From Treponema sp. (GTDB taxonomy: Bacteria; Spirochaetota; Spirochaetia; Treponematales; Treponemataceae): a stretch of 64,000 bases of DNA. The stretch is from assembly GCA_045643225.1 (NCBI GenBank), contig JAZUKJ010000119.1, positions 31,927-95,926 of the forward strand, written 5' to 3'. Shown piece after piece: positions 39,601-47,331 of the stretch; position 1 is the stretch's first letter; each line of letters opens with the position of its first letter. Both the position numbers and the translations under genes were made by a program. Under the pieces are notes generated by a model. The model was not told the DNA's origin and ran no database searches. It saw only the letters and a program-made list of their open reading frames with translations.

Positions 39601-41526
39601 GGTACGGTGGATTATGCTCCTAATACATCTGGCGCTGAATCGGTTCAGACCGGATTGAATGATGGAACAGCTGAAAGGACTTCCCATTATAGAATGGATG
39701 TGGTCCCTTACATAACTGGAGTCAGGTCTGAGCTTTCCAGACAGACCATCGGAATGACAAGGTCCGCCTTGGGGCACTACCCATTGCGTACACAGATAAA
39801 GCCAGGCACTTCCACAACATTGGAGTCCGGAGAAACCGTTACCGTGACTGGATTCAATATGAATGCAGCGGGTGAGTCGTTTAACTCCAAGGATTACGCA
39901 ACTTCAAAGGCATACGAAGTCACCGTCAACGGTGTAAAGAGCTTGAATAACTTGAACAACAACGATGCCAGCGGTGAATCGGGGGTAAGCATAAGCGACA
40001 GCTCCAGCTACACTCAAAAGACCGGCTATGCCTACAACAGGACACCTGACAACAAGGGAAATGATTTGCTGACTGACGATGTCTATTTTGATGTCTGGAC
40101 AATCAACTCCAAGGTCGCTATGCCTTTGAATGGCGGTAAGCTGGATCAGATGGGTATGAAGGTTGGGCCTAATGGAATGCTGGCCTTTGGTTTTGCAAAC
40201 GGTCCACTGAATTTCTCCTTGTCCAATGGCATGTACAATTCCTATACAGGAAATAAGTCAAAAGGTGGCGACTTCTTTACCTCCGTCTCCTTTACCATGG
40301 ATGACTGGGGATATTCCTATGGAACTGCAATGCCGGGAAATGAAGGAGACAAATTCAGACTTATTAGCGGTGCCGCAGGCTTTGATAACAACCTTGAAAC
40401 CAATGGACAGGATGGAGAGTCCGGTAAGCATAGGATAAGGTCTCCAAGCATGGCAACAACTACAGCAAAGGTTGGCACCGATTATATGACCAACTTGTAT
40501 ATGACATACTATGACGGCATGAATAGCCAGATCCGTTTCAGACGCTTCAGCATAAAGAATGGAACTGCAATTCAGTCCGGTAGCATGAATTCAATGGCTG
40601 CTGTATCTGGAACATATAACACCTATGCAAATAATAAAAAGGATGTGCATATAGTTATTGGAAAGGACAGTGCCTATGAGGACCAGGCCGGCGTTTATTA
40701 TAACATTGGTGCCATAAAGGGTGCCGGTGATAATGACGATTTGCTTGTCTTCATCTGGTATGATGAGTCCAGCCATAGCCTGAAATATATGTACCATGAC
40801 AAGCCTTCTGCCATTACCGCCAATACAACTACCTTGAGTACAATAAATAGTAAGGGCAATGGCGGCTGGTCGGTTCCTGTTAGTGTGTTCGAGGGAAAGA
40901 GATACAGCAAGAGCGGTGAGTACTGTAAGATTGCCGTGGATGCAAACGGTGGCGTCCATATCGCTTCCTTTGAACCGTTCACCTCTGACTTGAACTATGC
41001 CTATCTTGATTCCAGCAAGAGTGGTAGGGCTACCACTTCCGCTGATTTCAAGACCTGTGTGGTTGATTCCCGTGGTGTAGTGGGCTGTAACCTTACACTG
41101 GATGTTGGTCTGGAGAATTCAAAACCGGTACCTCATATCGGATACTTTACAGGTGACTCGCTTTTGCCAAAGTATGCTTACCTGCATAAGACGGAGCTTT
41201 TGGACAGTTCTTCATCAGACTCCCTTGACGGAGCCGTTTCCGACAAGGTGACTGGAAACTGGGAGATTACGACGGTGCCAACAAAGAGCACAGTCCAGAT
41301 GAAGTCCCTCCAGTACAACAGTATCAATGTTGGCCTGTTTAAGCAGAGTGGAGCAATTATGCCGTTCCCGACCAGCTGGACTGGTAGCGATAACAAGGTA
41401 TATAGCCCTTCTGTCAGCACTGCCAATGGAACTGCGTATGGAAATGGAAGCAAGAATGCAATCCTGGGTTACTCCATTGAATACAATTCCACAAACGACT
41501 ATATCGAAACTGCCCAGCTTAAATAG
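30694..41526 (+). CDS. Giant lipoprotein 2 (3610 aa), collinear paralogue of giant lipoprotein 1
   Basis: GAGG then ATG 30694; LLFAG-C28, then EIGLGGAID; same ordered Ig boundary motifs; same ETAQLK terminus. Confidence 0.88.
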   Translation: MRMTFDNLKLGKYFGILPMFMVLLFAGCEIGLGGAIDTESPKINIITPDVNTTWNDSIEVTGKCSDDSGVELVEIIRIYNSENSALSWEHLGSIKPVEVGKNAQDEMEYSWKFDLEKNPDGTYTCKTDSANTILNMVDGTYIVDVRSFDSSGRQSTIDSRVFDIDTTAPFLLLSSPKSFENYDPATGEENPNTTLFGRSVTLRGVTSDNHEVPAMTVTAYRDAAGTNQIFKKTFTGFDKATTAVTIAAYSVDCAAGRSVSAEIRELHNNYMALFNRSSFTDVNNVAPINVYLSIELKDSCGNVAGYTYSNEKLLRAIRGEIGVPDARFEASDGSMILSGTYNRTDFNGTQQAQIKNLLTGNSAQKSSYLCYDNSDDGKNLIVFNVTPSNAAKYRVSNMGISDSGTYSGEATTSSVLGIEFMAGRDRAPIDPPSISVKISDASNPSKYVVIDKDHNPGCFTSVSAANSNDQDPVIYPVTELKGITGGTFNLNLIDTGFGFVNGSKYKVEVFGKDVNGVDILSENARGYGFKVVSSGTAATVYSGETLNSKKEVMKPSSKIAEGYKVLITDAEMCIYKQAKALTYEICYYDGYYASEASARNQIGGKVTNYVAGSALTPQVATRDYLATIPLSLPATNKNITIIIKAVPLNGIAEGNQKTFILHSDGKAPSLIVDNDDELKAKKINALESPYFKKVGDKYQYTLSGKVSDIDGMGTKNILYKLKGDTEWKKVFDSDLPEYSTTENGWSIVIPFETECDDYSITLKAVDSVGNESAEVKYPSLVFGFGKPSVELKSVKNVAGAKLEPYYKEAVAIVLESKDNFSVSKVNAAVTKDGVNQTGKASTSGENTSNATTTISVPATDGKWRVELTAENPSGGISDAYTLETIIDTTAPVIDSISVSGTPKQAYTSTTLKIDGAYTEANDISKIEYWITLPDSTNTDVLTSATVDRQNKTFSITPTDFSSDNGGLNVLHVRAYDAANNVSAEKTLDVKIDVTAPKASVLYCDEGSGLGEVPSRIFYGPNKAIDITLYGLVSDEGGLASLDFTVAGTAVSPDISYTTANLTSSSAASAFTGATWTTALTDSNRANVKGWKARFTGEVSGVLALSAKDLAGLASSLPTILTFTEDSSLPWIEVTTPAANKLVTEDDLVDNKLVVSGKWSDSGSGTNILEWSLDGSSWVSTGVTDAPKGTATVSWSISIPKGSLNAGTGKTLHVRATDGVLNVREASVTGLSFDYSRPEISVSPSSLDEYYGKSASDLVITFTGTDLDPGACTIVLDSPSSGLSLTPVSSGKATLTLKRDGSNDGKWDIKAHAVDASGRESAPVSLSTTVDGTVPTFKANSTKVEENAYDADAWFKNNVIRVGAVAIDDESGISNVYYKLASTQPADVVGTKDGLVAAISNSPYTFTVNNLSDGANKVWMQIVDKAGNKSSVEMVQINVDQTNPSLDSKYYSYDETNFSSTSGTARSNKSKDLYIYGNVEDLSSGVASLVLKIGETEVPATVTYSTNVISSEPTPADIASYTITEADNTVKSYRAKISKTAIEQGTVRAIVTDKAGNSVQQTFFQIVADTTAPTIELKSPVTKVSGESGSVLSVNGTVTVTGSSNDEELASVTMEYSVNNGSSWNLVGSKPGSSAYNWSFNLPMTSNSSGNITFIDGSSYAGTSKQVLVKVTALDVAGNSASKVYEYNADPDGDRPVISFNNVSLEDMTDSNPVWFKSNTIIGNIRDDDGIMKLECKVGADSYAQIPVNSGTWSLPLTREGSNVVYFRVTDTAGTVFESKLSSAANQYSSPKLTDGENDLTSTSVLSLKVDTNPPEIGDIYYQVHNSQSDTYGARSKDFTTGLFGGIYDKMKLNFQASDTNGISSVSVKIDGKAGSYTATRGAGDEWTTQEIALDNESLVSGSYRIIIEVTDAAGAVAQKTVSFEVDNTVPAITINVPSGSVKSATAVYGTAEALNGQVYYAVALDDDATKITDTIDVGRAAGKWMVIGDASLAWTVNFDNAGGASGTHTDFIKEYLGELMGNRTEIENGTYTTETDVYFHIKAVDDHGNVNYAFAPFTVDPQGDRPDVNITYPKQNAVLGGEITIMGTATDNELAEKVGLYVDANNDGHWNWDDIALLNSDTDSGAKFGKLDDSAKTFVEATPVAGKTEEYYKDYALLLEVKAGSWSYKINGKGTFDPSGDGNNVIIVYAFAVDNKGNHSTNDFAKMQKVSFSVDKDSPKIENEMLVSDYTSGELDSAEIPYVEDMSVRGKWKYTALVYDDTEIATIKVDGVSVLPNGVPGVTVNKYDNDTEKKHGYRISIDIGIDDTSTVRTDSHTITFTERKDSGALSGSRQISINIDNKAPESIAHGDEGYNFKVYGNGIDEGRVVNMNGFYTFGSKAMENPVRNPVTGVVTNQTGISRIAFYVTRDVDDISNLYDVMIKHKASGNIIENYKTPAVSQVKRDADELYWRTMKVSSGGVGSITLTSAPGENVHLGGLVKFKGVYYTIRTISGSTIGLDTTYDFGNVDAGSDIKFAVASVVDNPTQELDGTVKNAAGYWTDSARDDGDGMIESLIKQGTSWIWEANINSKNIGDGVATIHYVVFDQAGNSKHDEVSVYVGNNLPRIAGLVFAADDNGDEVFDSNETYNQYTGIYEGGMRDGRNVVNATFPMDSTDSNPISIAKVRNSMKVVPEIVGGNGEISVTTSLSKRNVANNGWADAYVTLGERSLGDGTEDDTAKLFEILYDVKTMINSSKRFEDGDKQKMSMLFKDSTPGGSMEASVDVILDIALRDTVLPKIYIRPFYWKGSKDNSLFKNSLKEGHIEISSDLDFTGSKFTDANGLMDRDPKVSGKIRIEGIAVDNKQLKELSLKFNGTSKVIATMSNGVWTSVNTLSGGNIPSGGFASGEIEKATYGDLVDYGIIDEASLTKRKTAEVPFFTQEYGHVVKWSVYVDTSVLASSILGSGKFATTDMLVNAVAVDRGDPILRSGTVDYAPNTSGAESVQTGLNDGTAERTSHYRMDVVPYITGVRSELSRQTIGMTRSALGHYPLRTQIKPGTSTTLESGETVTVTGFNMNAAGESFNSKDYATSKAYEVTVNGVKSLNNLNNNDASGESGVSISDSSSYTQKTGYAYNRTPDNKGNDLLTDDVYFDVWTINSKVAMPLNGGKLDQMGMKVGPNGMLAFGFANGPLNFSLSNGMYNSYTGNKSKGGDFFTSVSFTMDDWGYSYGTAMPGNEGDKFRLISGAAGFDNNLETNGQDGESGKHRIRSPSMATTTAKVGTDYMTNLYMTYYDGMNSQIRFRRFSIKNGTAIQSGSMNSMAAVSGTYNTYANNKKDVHIVIGKDSAYEDQAGVYYNIGAIKGAGDNDDLLVFIWYDESSHSLKYMYHDKPSAITANTTTLSTINSKGNGGWSVPVSVFEGKRYSKSGEYCKIAVDANGGVHIASFEPFTSDLNYAYLDSSKSGRATTSADFKTCVVDSRGVVGCNLTLDVGLENSKPVPHIGYFTGDSLLPKYAYLHKTELLDSSSSDSLDGAVSDKVTGNWEITTVPTKSTVQMKSLQYNSINVGLFKQSGAIMPFPTSWTGSDNKVYSPSVSTANGTAYGNGSKNAILGYSIEYNSTNDYIETAQLK

Positions 41527-41552
41527 TTAAGTAAGGCGATGTTCATCGTTTC

Positions 41553-41590
41553 CCCGTGTCCATATCAATCTGGATGCGGGGATTTTTTTT
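41553..41590 (+). terminator. Rho-independent terminator after giant gene 2
   Basis: CCCGTGTCCA-tatcaatc-TGGATGCGGG plus T-run. Confidence 0.85.
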
Positions 41591-41607
41591 CGTCTGGATT
41601 TTTTGCA

Positions 41608-41636
41608 TAGACGAAATTTTTTTCATGTATTATAAT
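41608..41636 (+). promoter_or_regulatory. sigma70 promoter of parE-parC
   Basis: TAGACG (41608-13), 17 nt, TATAAT (41631-36). Confidence 0.6.
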
Positions 41637-41643
41637 GAAAAGC

Positions 41644-43740
41644 ATGGGTGGAACAAAAGAAAAAAAGACCGCCGCGGTTTCGGAAAAAAAGACCGCTGTA
41701 AAATCGGCCGCCACAAAAAAAACTGTGGTGGAAGAAAAAAAGTCACTTTTATCAAGGGCTTCTAAAAAGACTGCCGAAAAGCCGGCAGAGAAAAAGACCG
41801 AATCAAAGTTGGGTGTAAAATCGGTTTCTACGAAAACAGTAAAGGTTAATCAGGATGTGGCACCAAAAAGGCCCGCGGAAATAAAAAAGGCATCGGAAAA
41901 AATAGAGAAGCCGGTTGCAAAAAGAACTCCAGTAAAGGATTACGACGAGTCCCAGATTCGCCACCTGGATTCACTGGAGCATATCCGTCTTAGAAGCGGT
42001 ATGTATATTGGCCGCCTTGGTGACGGTTCAAATCAGAACGACGGTATATATGTTTTGCTGAAGGAAGTCATTGACAACGCCGTGGACGAGTTCATCATGG
42101 GCTACGGAAAGGTTATTGACGTGGAAGTGGTTGACGGAACCGTCAAGGTCAGGGACTACGGACGCGGTATCCCTTTGGGAAAGGTCGTGGACTGCGTCAG
42201 CCAGATTAATACCGGCGCCAAATACAATGACGATGTTTTCCAGTTCTCCGTCGGTATGAACGGTGTCGGTACCAAGGCCGTTAACGCTCTTTCTTCATAT
42301 TTCAGGGTCGTCTCCGTTCGCAAGGGTGAGTACTGTCAGGCAATTTTTGAAAAGGGTAAGCTAAAGGAAGAAAAGACAGGAAAGCTTGAAAAAAAGCAGC
42401 CGGATGGAACCTATTTTGAGTTTACCCCGGACGAAGAGGTTTTTGGAAAATACAGTTTCAATATGGAGTTCGTGGAAAAAAGGATGTGGAACTATGCATA
42501 CCTTAATTCCGGATTGACACTCAGGCTTAACGGTCAGGAGTTCCACAGCGAGAACGGACTTTTTGATTTGCTGAACCGGGAAATTGAAAACGACTGCCTT
42601 TATCCAATCGGAAGCTATCAGGGGGAGCATCTGAAATTTGCTTTCACCCACACCAATTCCTATGGAGAAAACTATTTTTCTTTTGTAAACGGACAGTACA
42701 CCGCCGATGGAGGAACGCACCAGAATGCATTCAAGGAAGCCTTCGTCAGAACCATAAACGATTTTTACAGTGCCAACTACAGGGCGGAGGATGTCCGTGA
42801 CGGAATGACCGCCGCCATTTTGGTTAAGGTAAAGGACCCTGTTTTTGAAAGCCAGACAAAGAACAAGCTGGGCAACACCGATGTCCGTCCCTGGATTATG
42901 ACGGAGGTGCAGTCAGGACTTACCGACTGGCTCCATAGAAATCCTGAGGCCGCAAGAAAACTCAAGGACAAGATTGATGCCAACGAAAAGCTTCGTACCG
43001 AACTTAATGCTGTAAAAAAAGAGGCAAGGGAAGCCGCAAAGAAAATCAGCATCCGCATAAAAAAATTGAAGGACTGCAAGTATCATGTGCAGGATGGCGT
43101 CAAGGGTGCCAACTCCATGATATTTATTACCGAGGGAGATTCTGCTTCCGGAACCATGACCCATTCCAGGGATGCAAACTATCAGGCAATCTTCTCTCTC
43201 CGTGGTAAACCTCAGAACATGTGCGGAAAAAAGCAGAGCGAGATTTACAAAAACGATGAGCTTTATCAGTTGATGATGGCCTTGGGAATCGAGACGGATG
43301 TGGAGAACCTCCGCTATTCGAAGATCGTAATCGCCACCGATGCCGATAACGACGGATATCATATCAGAAACCTGGTCATGACTTTCTTCCTGGGATTCTT
43401 TGAGGAACTGGTCACCAGCGGCCGTGTCTATATTCTTGAGACACCGCTTTTCCGTGTGCGAAACAAAAAGGAAAATGTGTACTGCTACAGTGAAGACGAA
43501 AGGGACAAGGCCCAGGTCCAGCTGGGAAAAGGCGCGGAGACCACCCGTTTCAAAGGATTGGGAGAAATCAATCCATCGGAATTCCGTCAGTTTATTGACC
43601 CTGAGACAATGCATCTGACTCCCGTTGAAATCAGCCAGCTGAAGGCCGTTCCAAAGCTTTTGAATTTCTATATGGGAAACAACACTCCGGAAAGGCGTGA
43701 GTTTATTGAAAAGCATCTCCTTCAGGATATTGACGCATAA
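41644..43740 (+). CDS. parE: DNA topoisomerase IV subunit B with Lys-rich N-terminal extension
   Basis: EHIRLRSGMYIG, EVIDNAVDE, DYGRGIP, GMNGVGTKAVNALS, EGDSA, IATDADNDG.HI, RFKGLGE; start could be 41635 or 41644. Confidence 0.9.
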   Translation: MGGTKEKKTAAVSEKKTAVKSAATKKTVVEEKKSLLSRASKKTAEKPAEKKTESKLGVKSVSTKTVKVNQDVAPKRPAEIKKASEKIEKPVAKRTPVKDYDESQIRHLDSLEHIRLRSGMYIGRLGDGSNQNDGIYVLLKEVIDNAVDEFIMGYGKVIDVEVVDGTVKVRDYGRGIPLGKVVDCVSQINTGAKYNDDVFQFSVGMNGVGTKAVNALSSYFRVVSVRKGEYCQAIFEKGKLKEEKTGKLEKKQPDGTYFEFTPDEEVFGKYSFNMEFVEKRMWNYAYLNSGLTLRLNGQEFHSENGLFDLLNREIENDCLYPIGSYQGEHLKFAFTHTNSYGENYFSFVNGQYTADGGTHQNAFKEAFVRTINDFYSANYRAEDVRDGMTAAILVKVKDPVFESQTKNKLGNTDVRPWIMTEVQSGLTDWLHRNPEAARKLKDKIDANEKLRTELNAVKKEAREAAKKISIRIKKLKDCKYHVQDGVKGANSMIFITEGDSASGTMTHSRDANYQAIFSLRGKPQNMCGKKQSEIYKNDELYQLMMALGIETDVENLRYSKIVIATDADNDGYHIRNLVMTFFLGFFEELVTSGRVYILETPLFRVRNKKENVYCYSEDERDKAQVQLGKGAETTRFKGLGEINPSEFRQFIDPETMHLTPVEISQLKAVPKLLNFYMGNNTPERREFIEKHLLQDIDA

Positions 43741-43752
43741 GGTGGTAAGAAA

Positions 43753-45687
43753 ATGGCTTTTGTAAAAAATCTTTTTGATAAAAACTTTATTGAGTACGCC
43801 AGTTATGTTATCCGTGACCGCGCCATCCCTGATCTGGAGGACGGTCTTAAGCCGGTACAGCGCAGAATCATGCACACCCTGTTCAAGATTGATGACGGCC
43901 GTTTCCATAAGGTTGCCGGAGTTGTGGGTGAGTGTATGAAATATCATCCCCACGGAGATGCTTCCATTGGTGGAGCCCTGGTGGTTCTTGCCAACAAAGG
44001 AATCTTCATTGACCGTCAGGGAAACTTTGGTAACATGTATACCGGTGACGATGCATCCGCTCCCCGTTACATTGAATGCCGTGTGAATCCTTTGGCAAAG
44101 GATTTTTTGTACAATCCGAACATAACGGAATATGTTCCCAGCTATGACGGCAGAAACGAGGAGCCTGTGGTGTTCCGCGCAAAGATTCCTGTGGCATTGA
44201 TTATCGGTGCGGAAGGAATTGCCGTCGGTATGAGCACAAAGATTCTTCCGTACAATATCAGGGAAGTCCTGGAGGCCGAAAAGAAGGCGCTCAAGGGTGA
44301 GTCCTTTGAAATCTATCCGGATGTTCCTACCGGTGGACTTATTGATGTCACAAACTACAATGACGGCAACGGAAAATTGATAACCCGTGCAAAGTTTGAC
44401 ATGAGCGATGAAAAGAAGATTGTCATCACCGAGCTGCCTGTGGATTCCACATCCGAAAGTTTGATGAACTCCATTGAAAGTGCCTACAAGAGTGGGAAAC
44501 TTAAAATCAGTTCCATAGATGACTTTACCACCGACCACTGTCAGATTGAAATAAAGCTGCCCCGCGGTGTCTATGCCCAGGATGTGGAGAAGGCGCTTTA
44601 TGCGTTTACGGAATGTGAAAAGTCAATCAGCTGCCAGATGCTGGTCATAAAGGACAACATGCCTGTAGCCATGTCCGCCACTGAAATCATCAAGTACTAC
44701 GCAAAGAAGCTGACACAGATTATCAAGGACGAGCTGGAATTTGAACGTGGAAAACTTACCGAGGAACTTCACGCCAGGACATTGGAACGTATCTTTATAG
44801 AAGAAAGAATCTACAAAAAGATTGAGACCATGAAGACGGCGGAGGATGTGGTAAACGCGGTCAAGACCGGGTTCAAACCTTTCAAGCGGGAACTGATTCG
44901 CGATGTAACAGATGAGGATGTGGATTCCCTTTTGAAGATTCCTATCCGCAGGATTTCCCTTTTTGATATAAACAAAAACCGGGACCAGGTTACGGCAATC
45001 AATGCCCGCCTGAAGGAAATTGCCAAGAGGCTTAAGCATCTGACCGACTGCGCCATTGAATATCTTGACGGAATGCTGGCAAAGTTCAAGCCGGAAGATT
45101 TGAAGCGCCGTACCCAGATTGAACGTTTCTCATCCGTTGACGCAAAGGCGATCGTAAAACGTGATGTCCCTTTAAGATACGATGGAGCAAAGGGATACCT
45201 GGGAACTTCCGTTTTTGGAGGCCAGGAACTTTTGAAGGTCACCAGGTTCGACAGAATCTTTATCATGCGGAAATCCGGAATCTATACCGTCTGCGATGTT
45301 CCTGACAGACTTTTCGTTGATGCAGGAATGTGGTACTGCAACTATGCGGAAAAGGAAATCATCAGCAAGGTTCTGTTCACCGTGGTCTACCGTGACGAAA
45401 AGACAAAGCAGTGCTATATCAAGAAGTGCCGTATCCCAAGCTGGATCATGAACAGGGATTACATGCTTGCTCCGGAAGGTTGCGAGGTGCTTCATGTGGA
45501 TACTAGAGAGAAGTTTGAATTTACCCTGAACTATGTAAAGAAACCTAGAATCAAAATCAAGGAAGAGACTTTCAATTCCGCTGACTATGAGGAAAAAGGT
45601 CACAAGGCTCAGGGGGTCCGCCTTTCTCTTCAGGAAACGGAATCTATTTCCGTCCAGAAAAGTGGCGAAATGGATATTGAGAAGTGA
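43753..45687 (+). CDS. parC: DNA topoisomerase IV subunit A
   Basis: RAIPDLEDGLKPVQRRI, KYHPHGDASI, SAPRYIE; short C-terminal domain, consistent with ParC rather than GyrA. Confidence 0.88.
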   Translation: MAFVKNLFDKNFIEYASYVIRDRAIPDLEDGLKPVQRRIMHTLFKIDDGRFHKVAGVVGECMKYHPHGDASIGGALVVLANKGIFIDRQGNFGNMYTGDDASAPRYIECRVNPLAKDFLYNPNITEYVPSYDGRNEEPVVFRAKIPVALIIGAEGIAVGMSTKILPYNIREVLEAEKKALKGESFEIYPDVPTGGLIDVTNYNDGNGKLITRAKFDMSDEKKIVITELPVDSTSESLMNSIESAYKSGKLKISSIDDFTTDHCQIEIKLPRGVYAQDVEKALYAFTECEKSISCQMLVIKDNMPVAMSATEIIKYYAKKLTQIIKDELEFERGKLTEELHARTLERIFIEERIYKKIETMKTAEDVVNAVKTGFKPFKRELIRDVTDEDVDSLLKIPIRRISLFDINKNRDQVTAINARLKEIAKRLKHLTDCAIEYLDGMLAKFKPEDLKRRTQIERFSSVDAKAIVKRDVPLRYDGAKGYLGTSVFGGQELLKVTRFDRIFIMRKSGIYTVCDVPDRLFVDAGMWYCNYAEKEIISKVLFTVVYRDEKTKQCYIKKCRIPSWIMNRDYMLAPEGCEVLHVDTREKFEFTLNYVKKPRIKIKEETFNSADYEEKGHKAQGVRLSLQETESISVQKSGEMDIEK

Positions 45688-45709
45688 TTAAAAACTGGAA
45701 GGGATTTTC

Positions 45710-46726
45710 ATGGAAAAAATAAATACTCTAAAGCCAAGCTATAAAATTATGCATGTGATTTTAAATCAATGCCTAAGGGTTAACGGCGGGAAAGGAATGT
45801 TCGTGATTCTTCTTTTCTGGCTTATCTCTTCAGTGATTTCATCTTTGCCTGTGGTGCCTTTCATGCTTGGTTCAATGCAGGGAGGACTGTCGCTTGGCAC
45901 GATTGTTTTTTCCATGATTTTTTCTGTCGCCGTCATTGTAATCTTTTTCATTATGTCCTATGGACAGCAGGTTGTTTTTTTTAGGATCGTGGAAAAGAGC
46001 AACACAAAAACGGGCGACCTGTTTTGTGGCTTCACGGATAAAACAAGGAAAGTCTTTTATCTTTCGCTGGTACTTACCGCCATTGTTTTGGGGGTAACGG
46101 TACTTTCCTTTGCGGTAACAAAAAACATACTAAGTTCTTTAGGACTTTTCACGGGCTATGAAAATCTTTTGGCAATCGATACGGAAAAGAACACCCTTTT
46201 GATGAATAAGTCGGTTCCGGTTTTTGTGACCGTTATGGCTATTGCGGTGGGGCTGGCCGTATTGCCGTTCACCTACCTGTGGATTGTCATTTACAGAAGA
46301 AAGGACCTTGGAATCTTCCGTGCAATGAGGATTTCCGTTTCGCTTTTATTCAAGCAGTTTTTCCGTTTCGTTGGATTTGTTTTCTATTCCGCCGCACCGA
46401 ATCTGATTGCCTTTGTAATACTCTGGCTTATTATCAGGTTCATACCGGCCAACGGGGAATCCATCTCTTTTCTCTCCATGCTTTCGACTTTCCTTTCATT
46501 TTTCCTGCTGATACAGGAATTCAATGTTCTTGTGAGAGTCAATTTTGCCGTTCCAATTTACTTTTATTCCATGACCGGCGTGCTGCAGGTTCATCTGTCC
46601 GAATATAAGCCGGATGAAAATTCTGCTGACGGAAATGATGCGGAAGAGAGCGGTCCACTGGAAATTGATTTGGGGGACGGCCCGGATGTTTCCTCGGAAA
46701 ATGATTCTTCAAAGGATGAGGATTGA
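45710..46726 (+). CDS. Hypothetical membrane protein
   Basis: About 6 TM segments and an acidic C-terminal tail. Confidence 0.7.
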   Translation: MEKINTLKPSYKIMHVILNQCLRVNGGKGMFVILLFWLISSVISSLPVVPFMLGSMQGGLSLGTIVFSMIFSVAVIVIFFIMSYGQQVVFFRIVEKSNTKTGDLFCGFTDKTRKVFYLSLVLTAIVLGVTVLSFAVTKNILSSLGLFTGYENLLAIDTEKNTLLMNKSVPVFVTVMAIAVGLAVLPFTYLWIVIYRRKDLGIFRAMRISVSLLFKQFFRFVGFVFYSAAPNLIAFVILWLIIRFIPANGESISFLSMLSTFLSFFLLIQEFNVLVRVNFAVPIYFYSMTGVLQVHLSEYKPDENSADGNDAEESGPLEIDLGDGPDVSSENDSSKDED

Positions 46727-47319
46727 TGAAGGTCCTTGTCCAGAACGCCTTTTGTGAAACCGTCATAAAAAACTCAAGGTTTATTGCGGAAGCCTTTTCC
46801 GTTTCAACCCAGGCCGAGGCAAGGGATAAGCTGCGGGAACAGAAAATCAGGTACTCCGATGCGACCCATGTTTGTCATGCCTTCATAACAGGTCCAAAGG
46901 CCGAAGCCAGTGGAATGAGTGACGATGGCGAACCATCCGGAACTGCCGGCCGTCCAATGCTGGATGTCTTGAAGGGTAGCGGAATAACGAACATTCTTGT
47001 AACCGTTACCAGATATTTTGGAGGCACCCTGCTAGGGACCGGTGGACTTGTCCATGCATACGGTGGGGCCGTAAAATCTGTTCTTGATGTTTGCCAAACG
47101 GAGGAGCTGGTTGAAAAAAGCCAGTTCATGTTTTCCGCGGACTACAGTTCCTATGAAGCAATCAGGAGGTTGTTCCCGGCTTTCCATATAAGTGAGCTTA
47201 ACGAGGATTATTCGACCGATGTGGTTGCATCGGGTAGAATCTGGAAATCCGAGGAAAAGGATTTGGCGGAGCAGATAAAGAATCTCACGAAAGGCAAATC
47301 CATTGTTGAATATATTTAA
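46726..47319 (+). CDS. yigZ: YigZ/IMPACT family protein
   Basis: IKNSRFIA, ATHVCHA, SDDGEPSGTAGRPML, VTRYFGGTLLGTGGLVHAY. Confidence 0.92.
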   Translation: MKVLVQNAFCETVIKNSRFIAEAFSVSTQAEARDKLREQKIRYSDATHVCHAFITGPKAEASGMSDDGEPSGTAGRPMLDVLKGSGITNILVTVTRYFGGTLLGTGGLVHAYGGAVKSVLDVCQTEELVEKSQFMFSADYSSYEAIRRLFPAFHISELNEDYSTDVVASGRIWKSEEKDLAEQIKNLTKGKSIVEYI

Positions 47320-47331
47320 ATTGGAGTCATT

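Noticed and set aside
28494-41526. Diversity-generating retroelement targeting the giant lipoproteins (Asn-rich C-termini)
   Set aside because: No reverse transcriptase, no avd and no template/variable repeat pair differing only at adenines in the window
19404-41526. Gene conversion or shufflon between the two giant genes
   Set aside because: No long identical DNA tracts seen (longest noticed ~14 bp), no recombinase, and no inverted recombination sites
42913-44538. 541-aa antisense ORF
   Set aside because: It lies entirely opposite parE/parC and has no recognisable motifs; typical shadow ORF from codon bias
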